DNA from: Intoshia linei
Taxonomy: Eukaryota > Animalia > Orthonectida
NCBI GenBank assembly: GCA_001642005.1
Contig: LWCA01000174.1
Span: 1-44,445 of the forward strand
Reading direction: 5' to 3'
DNA length: 44,445 nucleotides
Made by a program: the position numbers and the translations under genes
Part shown: positions 35,441-44,445 of the stretch, piece after piece
How the letters are laid out: each line of letters begins with the position of its first letter
Numbering within the stretch: the first letter of the stretch is position 1
The notes under the pieces: generated by a model
What the model was told of the DNA's origin: nothing
What the model saw: the letters and a program-made list of their open reading frames with translations, nothing else
Database searches by the model: none

Positions 35441-38400
35441 ATGAAAACTGGAAAAGACCTCGAAAAAAATGGAAGTTCCTCAGAAAGAAAATTGTTTATC
35501 GGAATGCTGGGAAAACAAATGACTGAAGATGAAGTAAAAAATTTGTTTAAAACTTTTGGGAAAATTGAAGAGTGTACTATCCTTAAAGATCACAATGGAG
35601 TAAGTAAAGGTAAAAATGACAAAAATTGGCATAAAATTATGCACATTTAGGGTGCGCATTTGTTAAATATCTCAAAAGACAAGAAGCTTTTCTTGCCATC
35701 AAAAGTTTACATGGCAGTCAGACTATGATGGTAATTTGGTCATTCATTTCATTTACATGTTAAAAAAATTTTTTTCATTTTCATCATGGCTACTTTACAT
35801 AATAACGTAATAATAATTAACATTGTAAGCATTCAAATGTTAATTACAATATAAAATGTATTCAAATTAAATTATAAGCTGCCTATATTATTCAAATTAA
35901 ATGTATACTTCATAGGGGGCCTCCTCAAGCTTGGTTGTTAAATTTGCTGACAATGATAAAGAACGGCAAATTCGTAAAATACAACAACTTACTAGTGCAG
36001 TCGATATAGGACAAAATAATTACGGCGTGTTTAATCCTTTAATTACAGGATTTTACCCGGGCGCATATCAGGTTAATTTACCATTTATAATTTTAATGAA
36101 AATAGTTTATACAACAACAAGCCATGTTGGCTGCTTCAATGACTGGTCAAACTGGTACCAATGGATATACATCAAATTTATCACAATTAAATCAAAGCAA
36201 TTATAACAGTAAATTTAAACATACATTAATTAATAACATTTCTATTATAATACATTCAATATATAAAAATTTAGTGCAATCTATCGGCAATTATCCCTCC
36301 GTCAATACAAGAAATCCCAGTGCTTCCGATATTTATTCAACATATCGTATATTTTAAATTAAATATTTACTACATGTAGGATATAAATTTTATACTATAA
36401 TTAATCAATATCTAACAATATGATGTAACCTGATGAAATTTAAGAAAATAAACTTTTCTGATATCCCCATATAAATAATGTATAGGGGAACTCACTGGAT
36501 TAATGGAAATGACACGAATCAGCTGAATTTAATTTTTGAAACCTTTTTTAAATTCAACACCCTCAAAAAAGTAAATAATGTCTTAGAGTGTATAATGTGG
36601 TGTAAATGGTCCTCTTATTCGACATGATATAAAAATTCATTTAATTTCAAAAAAATTTTAGTAAAATTGTATTCCATTTTCCAAAATGGTATGTGGGAAT
36701 TAATTTATCACTTATCACAAGATTTTTTAAATTTAGATTTATTATCAATACAATTAATTATAATTTGTTGCATTGTGTAAATTCTGTAAATCAATAAATC
36801 AATGTTTTTTAACGAGTAGTTTGATAAAAATTCGACAAATGTCTAAAAATTTATATGGATATGACAAATATATTATAATTATCATTTTTCTAGTTTTAAT
36901 CTGTCTTTTAGTAATACAATTATACCGATACGTTTTGGAGTATCGGAATATTTTTAAAAATTTTTAAACTACAGTATACTTTGTTTAAAATTCACTAATC
37001 GCTTATTGGAAATATTTATTTACAACTAAACATGTATGTAATAAACAATTTAAAAAATAATTATACACGGTAATTTCTGCTTAAAAAGGAAAAATCTTCA
37101 TTAACATACCATTTCTTTCTCATGTACAAAAATTCCTTTAATTTTTTTGTTTTAATTCTATAATCAAAGAATAAAATTAAAAATAATCAATTTTCTACGA
37201 TTATCATTAGTATGTAGATAATAAAACTAGTTTTTATTTTTGGCCTAAACAAACATTTTAATCCTGGATTAAAATTAACAATTACGTGGAAAACGGAAAT
37301 TAACAAAATGTTAATAAAATTGTATATTTATTGATTTTTTAACATTCTGTTTACGTTTATTTTCATTTTACAAACTACATAAATTTTTTATAAAAAAAAA
37401 TACTGACTGTTCTTGAAGAATTTGTTACTACGTTTTATTTATCTAAAATAAAAAAACATGTAATAATAATGTATTTCCTTTCCATTTAAAATTTTTTTTA
37501 ATGAGAATATGATATGTACGAGTAACAAATTTACAAAATATAATATTGGCAAAATAAAAAATCAACTTTTTATTGAAAAGTTCATTAGTGAGGAATTAGC
37601 CTGCATAATACAGTTATCGGTTATATAATTAGCCAAATTATTTAAAGTCACTACATTAGTAAAATATAAAGAATATTTTTTACTTTTTAATTATTACATT
37701 TAAAACAAAATTGATTTATTATTATGAATAAATGTTCATTTTTTAATGAATCGGAAAATTGCGAACAAAATGTACGTGAACAGGCAAGCATCCGAGATAA
37801 TTGTTCTATGGTAATTTTAGAACCATTTACGGATCAGTTCATTATATTATAAAACATTAATATATTATTACATTTAGCATATAACATGTATGCATCATTT
37901 GGTCAAAATATGTTTCAAACACAAATATTAAAGACAAATCCATTATTAAACAAAATGAATTTGGCTTATAAATGCAATTGTATGATTATTAAATTATTAC
38001 TGATGTGTAAAATATTTAGTTGTTTGTGGGCCCGAAGGTTCAAATTTATTTATTTATCACTTACCACAAGAATTTGGAGACAATGAGCTCGCAAATATGT
38101 TCATGATATATGGCAGTGTCATCAGTGCAAAAGTTTATATTGACCGTGCTACTAATCAAAGCAAATGTTTCGGTATGTAAATATTTACATTTTATGAAAT
38201 CCTGTATAACTAAATGATTTGACCAATGTTCCCAAATCGCCCCGTTAAAAAATTGATAAGAAAATATTTCAATGAGATGGGTCCATACTTTGAAATTTTT
38301 GTGAATACTTCAAATGGCATACGTGTATTTTTAAAATTTAGATAAAATGTTTTAAGGTTTTGTAAAGTAGGATTTTATGGATTTATAGTAGGATAATATA

Positions 38401-38557
38401 TAAATCATATATACAATATTTCATATTCTACTTAGGATTTATAAGCTTTGACAATCCTCTCAGTGCTCAAAAAGCAATAAATGCCATGAATGGGTATCAA
38501 ATTGGGATGAAACGATTAAAAGTACAATTAAAAAGACAAAAAGAAAATGTGTATTAA
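35441..38557 (+). CDS. CELF3-6 / UNC-75 / Bruno-3-like RNA-binding protein (RRM2 + RRM3)
   Basis: [21 protein letters not shown]|CAFVKY..LHGSQTM|[16 protein letters not shown], Gln/Asn-rich linker, [34 protein letters not shown]|[25 protein letters not shown]. Confidence 0.93.
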
Positions 38558-38750
38558 GTATTTTACCTTTTATTGTTTAAGGTTGTTGTTATTTGTTATC
38601 AGATATTCATAATCAATAAATTTTTAATTTAAATATTTTTAGCTAAAATTGTCAACTGTAATTTAATTTTCTAAATTATCCGTTATTGAACAAAATAATA
38701 CAAGAAAATAAAAACTAAAATTATTTACATTTTCTGTGCAGTTTATTATT

Positions 38751-39143
38751 CAAGGCTCAGCAACCCTAAATTTAGTCATACATGGAAATTTTGAACAAAT
38801 AATTATCAGAGTGGACCATGTAGATCCAAAGGCCCATGAAATATTTTGGGAGTGACAGGATAAATTATAAATTTAAAGGTTTCATAAAATTTTTTTTGTA
38901 TTTACAGTATTTATTATGATAATAACAAGGGGTCCCGCATAATTAATGTAATTTTTAATTTGCTTCTTATATTATAATGCATTATAAATATAATGCGCTG
39001 AAAAAGGTTGAGAACCGCTAAATGAAACTGCTTATTTCAGTAATTTTGTATTTGATAAAATTTCTTAACGAATGAGTTTTTAGTGAGACTGATAAATGTA
39101 ATATTAAATTACTGGTTCGTTGTAAAAAAGTTTGAGAACCCCG
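38751..39143. mobile_element. Cluster of degenerate hAT MITE ends
   Basis: Left end CAAGGCTCAGCAACC (38751); right ends AAAAAGGTTGAGAACCGCTA (39020) and AAAAAGTTTGAGAACCCCG (39143). Confidence 0.55.
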
Positions 39144-39994
39144 GCGTGGAAGATCAATATACTTGTAGATGTTACTGTTACGGAGTTACATGTGAAATAC
39201 TCAAAAAATTATTTAAATCATTTAGTTAATTTTTAATTTAAATACAGATAATTATATTATAACAAGTTATTAATGTTACTAAATTTACCACCCATAGAAT
39301 CAATAATTCTCTTAAAAAATTTTAATACTTTGTATGTTAATTTTAATGATTTTAAAAGCTTGATCAGATTGTGTATTTTTTATCATTCTAGGACTGGTTT
39401 GATTTAAAAAAAGGATAATGGGGGTTTTAAACCCGTAATATGTAAGTTTCTGAGATTGAAATTTACTTTACCTTCATCCGTAAAAAAATGTAATAGAAAT
39501 TTGGAATTTTTATAGTTCAAAGACTCTTTGTTATTGAAATAAACGATAACAAACACATAAAGAGTTTTATATAAGTTAGAATATATAAACTGATAAATTT
39601 AATCTTGACAAATATCGGTTAAATGGTGACGCACTTTTGTTCCAATTCGGTTGATCTATAAATTTTTATATTAATTGATTATGATAATAAATCAAAATAA
39701 TTATAATATTGGATAAATATGTATAAATTGTGAATCACCATCCTTTACTGAATATTTTTTATTTTAAAAAAAAAAATTTTTATCTAAAACTTTTTATGCG
39801 TGCAGAAATAATTATTTACCTATAAGTTTAATGTCATATAATTTATGACTTTAGTGTTATTATTTTATAAGCTCATAATTAGATAATTAACAACGTTAAC
39901 AAAACCGGAAACATAATGATGTAACTTTAGAGAGACCACTGATCAATGATAAATTAATGATAATAAATGATCATTGATCATTTATTAAAAGTAT

Positions 39995-42900
39995 TTATTT
40001 GGTACAATATAAAAAAATTTTGGGCTTAGCTAAATCAGGGTTTATTAAACAACAAGCAATCCTACGGTGGGATTCCTACCACTTAAATAAATTGAATAAT
40101 GCAAATATACCAATATTTCAATTAATTTATCGTTGTATTTATTTTCAAAGGTTTTTAATGAAAGACATCGCAAATGCAAATTTTCAAAATTTTCATGAAC
40201 AATGTCGGATATCTGAATAATGTGTATAACAAATAAATTAAATATACAATTTCATCCGATACATTGGATACTTTATTACTACTTTTGTATGCTGCAATGA
40301 CTGGTAAAAAATATTGATTAATTATTCTGAGATTATCCATCGAATTGTATATATAAATGTTTTTACTGTTTTTAATAAGGCATGATTTCTTATGAACTAA
40401 ACATGATATATTGTATAGTTTGCAAATAACTACATATCTGTAATAATTGTTCAATTAAAGAAGGACACTTTAATATATTAACATAAAATGTTAAATAATC
40501 ATCAACATGGTACAAGAAATGGTCTCCATACTGTAAAAATGTGGTCAAAATATTTGAAATCTAAATATTTAAATTAATTAACATCTAATTATAAGTTACA
40601 TTTTCAATTAAAATCAAAGCTTCATTACTTACAAAACAATTTTCATTTTTAACAAAATAAGCCAACATAATAAAACAACCTAAAAATATAAATACAACTA
40701 CAAGACTAAAATATACTTTTCCATAATATATTCCATTCAAATATCAATCTTATATCATTTTTTTTCATGTATATTAAACAATTTTGTAAAATTTGGGTAC
40801 ATTTTCTATAAATAAAAATAATTTAAAATTCAATGTACATATTTTATATAAATGCATTATATAATTACAATTATAGTTGTAATATACAATACAACATTAA
40901 TTATAATTAATCAAGTACAAGATATTAAACTTAATATTTTTAAGTTAAATACAAATAGGATTATCACAAATGGGAGAATCGACACTGATAATAACATTGA
41001 ACAACACTCAAAAAACTATCTCACTACAAAAAAAACGTTTTTATATATTTGGTAGTTAAAAAAATGTCGAACAATATTTTTAATGGGGTCCGTACATTAT
41101 TTTAATTGGGAACCACTGGTATACAGTTATTTCCAGTTAATATACAGAAATCGATACCCTCACGATCAACAAACCACTTTGGTATTAATTTTTTTATTTG
41201 AACATTTTTTTATTAAAAAAAATTTGAAATAATTAATGGTCATATAATTTAAAAAAAATAATTATTCTTAAACAGTTTATTAGATTTAATATAATATATA
41301 AAATTTCAACCTCAGAAATCAATATTTTCTCGGTCAAAAATAACTTTACATACATTATCAGCCAATATTGTTCAAATTTATAAATTAAAATTAAAAATGT
41401 AAATATTGATCCTACAATTTCAAAAAAATATAAAATAAAAATTAGTTAGATAGTCGTTAAAAAGTTGCAAAATGACATACTGTCTAATAATAAAAAATAC
41501 ATTAGTAATTCATAAGGTACCAAACGTGACAAATTAGATACGAAAAAATTGCAAATTATATCTAAATAATAATAACTAATAATACGATACAATGAACCTA
41601 TTAAACAAAAAATGATGGGAACAGTTTCTTTTCTCACCACTGAAACATTTCGTGATTTCACCTAATTTTGAAGTATATAATAAAATGTTATGTATTTACG
41701 CCTTTAATATATAAATTGACATCAAATACAAAATTCACATTGTGCAAAACTTCAATCAAATAATTATCCTAAAATTGATTAACCATTCATAAAAAATGTA
41801 AATAAAATAGAAATTACAGATAACATAACCGATATAATTTCAAGGCATAAATTAACTATTAATATATTTTCATCCGCTGATTTATATGAAATTATTAAAT
41901 TGTTTTAATCATATAATACCTCGAATATATTGCATAGTTATAGATAGATATTCAATAAATATGGACAAAAGGCTTGATCTTTTAGGGACTGAATAATATA
42001 ATTTTAATAAATAAACATTAAACCATCATTATGAAAAAATGTGGCATCTTCTGGAATTTCCTAGTAAAAATTACACAAAATTATTAAGTTTAATACGCAA
42101 TGTATTCGAAATATAAAATTCCGGTTCAAGTATAGGAGTTCGTAAAATAAAATTAAAATGCTTGTCATGTTACTAAAAACATATAAAATATCATCTAGAT
42201 AAAATTACAAGCATATTTTTATATTTTCATTTTGAAGGTTCAGAATAGATGAGCCAATCTAAAATAATATATTTTATTAGCTACATTTACTCAAAAATAA
42301 AATAATTTATTATTAATTGTTAGAAATGAATAATACAAATAATAATAATGTAGAGTTCAGTAAGAATATTTAGATATGTAAATTGCAAATGATTTTATAT
42401 AATTGAAGATATAATTAACCATTATATATTATAATACACATTTATAAATGACACCGTTTTAGCAAAGGGTATACTTTATCTCACGATTACTGAATAAATT
42501 CACCACCAAGGAGTTTAAATAAAGATACCATGTTTGTAATTGAAGAAATGATATTTTTTTTGCATCCAATCTTTTCAACATTCTTTCTTATTAAATGTTA
42601 TTATTAATGATTAAATATTTATTACTTGTTAAATGTGTAAATTGTATGCGCTATAAGATTCAATAAAATCTAAATATATAATACACTTTCTCGGAGATTA
42701 TAAATGTTAATTAATAATATGTATGTTAATACATAATTATTAATTAAGTTATATAAAAATAATCTCTGGACCACAAAAATTTTAAATTTACGACTTTGGG
42801 AAAGTGGAGACTTCACTGTATATTTAATTCACTCAAAAACTTTTTAAAGATCCATGTAGTTTTGTATACTTGGGAAAATGACGAAAAAGTATGGCAGCCG

Positions 42901-43225
42901 CTGAGTGATTTATATATCAATATATTATCTAAAAATACATTTAATGTATCGTTTTCATCCAATAATGATAAGTACATAATTACTCGATTTGAATACTAAA
43001 TTACAATAAATTTATAAACAAAACCGAAACCTGATCATTTTTAAATTGCAAAACGAATATAAAAATATTAATTATCAATGATAAACGAGTAGGTGTACAA
43101 ATTGCCATTTCCTAAAAAAAATTAAAATTTAATATTAATATAAATTATACATCAATAAGGAAATGAATAAGTTTATCAGTAAATATGACCGTTAAAATTG
43201 TTGCTTCAAAATCTGTCAAATTGGC
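39995..43225 (-). CDS. ARMH3: Armadillo-like helical domain-containing protein 3 (C10orf76/DUF1741); 5' exons unresolved, likely extend beyond 43225
   Basis: Spliced peptides SSLLSIFIEYLSITMQ, IRLIFEWNILWK, FLQYGDHFLYHVDDYLTFY, MDNLRIINQYFLPVIAAY..SNVSDEI, DIVHENFENLHL parallel remembered ARMH3 motifs (FLKYSSIVMQ, VRLHYTWRELW, FITYGDTFL..YDELYY, NIRAIINHFNPKI, VVRANYDTLTL). Confidence 0.75.
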
Positions 43226-44037
43226 CTAAAATATATAATAGTCATTAAAATACATGTACATTGTACAATGTTAAATTTTTTTATTATTATGTTATTTTGA
43301 CTAAAGGAATTTTATCTAGAAATGATAATTTAATTGGCAAAGAGAATTTTCTCACATTTTATAAATACTTTTTAAATATTTTTTTGTAATATATTTTAAA
43401 ATACTGAAAAAACTTCAAGTGTAGATTTTTAACACGCTACACACATTTTGCCATCACGCATATCCTATAATCACATGCGATAAAAGGTTTATGAATTAAA
43501 TAATTGAAAAAAAATTCATACACATCCAATGTTATATAACTACTATTTGATTCTGAAAAATTTCAACTTTGTCACAGAAATCAAAAAATTTTTCTTGTAA
43601 AATTTTTTTGATAAAGTTAAATAAAATTAAAGTGGTTTTATAAAAAGATCATTATATAATAATCTATAAATATAATTAGTACTTGCAATTTCTCAAGAAA
43701 TTCGATAAAATTTTTTAAAAAAATATGCGTTACAAATGTTAAATATTGAATCCAAAATCATTCTGCAAGGTAATACAGTATAAGCCCATTTTGGGATTTT
43801 TTACCTTTTTTGAAAAGTGGCCCAAAAACTGACATGTAATGATATAATTCTGTTATCTATTAAATTAATTGAACAATAATATATAATAGTTAATCTTAAT
43901 GTTATTCAGATTAAGAAAGTTGATGAGGTACATTAAGGTGTCTCATGGGTATTTAGAAAAAATATCCTTGGGCTTAAAATTATAGATTTACTAAAATAAT
44001 AACTATTGTAAAATATTTTCGGCCAACTCCTAACGGT

Positions 44038-44348
44038 AAAGTTAGCCTGACCATTCAAAGTTTTCTATATATATACTATATACAAAATTAAAACTGAACT
44101 TTATTTTAACGGAAATTGGCGTTTGACCTTTTAAATGTGGTACTGACTTCATAATATTATTCTCCGGGTTTAGTTATACTGTTTATTTTTTAAAATTTGT
44201 TTCTAGCTCAATTTTTTTGGATTTTATTAACGATTTAATTTCTCGAATTTTATTTTACATTGTTTAAATTGTATTAATATAATAAAGTTCAGTTTTAATT
44301 TTGTATATAGTATATATATAGAAAACTTTAAATGTTCAGGCTAACTTT
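44038..44348. mobile_element. Long-TIR MITE / palindromic element
   Basis: ~68-bp near-perfect inverted repeat at 44038-44105 and 44281-44348 (AAAGTTAGCCTGA...AAAACTGAACTTTATT). Confidence 0.8.
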
Positions 44349-44445
44349 AATATTTGTTGAAATGCATTAATATTTTGGAAATATCATTTTTTACTTGATC
44401 ACTATTATACCTAAGGATGTTCAAAAATATAATTTTTCATTTTTT

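Noticed and set aside
1-44445. tRNA, rRNA or snRNA genes
   Set aside because: No cloverleaf, box A/B or Sm-site-containing structure recognised by eye

Overview
Very AT-rich animal (eukaryotic) genomic DNA. Genes are densely packed and split by GT-AG introns that are either minimal (~33-46 nt) or inflated by transposon remnants. This pattern fits a compacted parasite genome such as an orthonectid (Intoshia-like); that assignment is inference only. Genes spliced by hand: MRPL22 last exon (+), Tudor-less lamin B receptor-like (+), claudin/PMP22-like (-), UGDH (-), an uncharacterised protein joining EF-hand-like repeats to a stand-alone dynein stalk microtubule-binding-like domain (+, needs a 5-nt microexon), a decayed neuropeptide-type GPCR pseudogene (+), short RPAP3-like TPR gene (-), USP8 (-), NRF-6-like acyltransferase (+), a small single-TM ORF (-), a CELF3-6/UNC-75-like gene lacking RRM1 (+) and ARMH3/C10orf76 (-). 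Large introns hold hAT MITEs with 8-bp TSDs, a nested Tc3-like transposase relic, non-autonomous Helitron-like copies and foldback elements. The most novel candidate is the EF-hand + dynein-MTBD-like gene, whose probable last exon appears interleaved with the GPCR pseudogene. Protein identifications rest on remembered family motifs; no searches were run.
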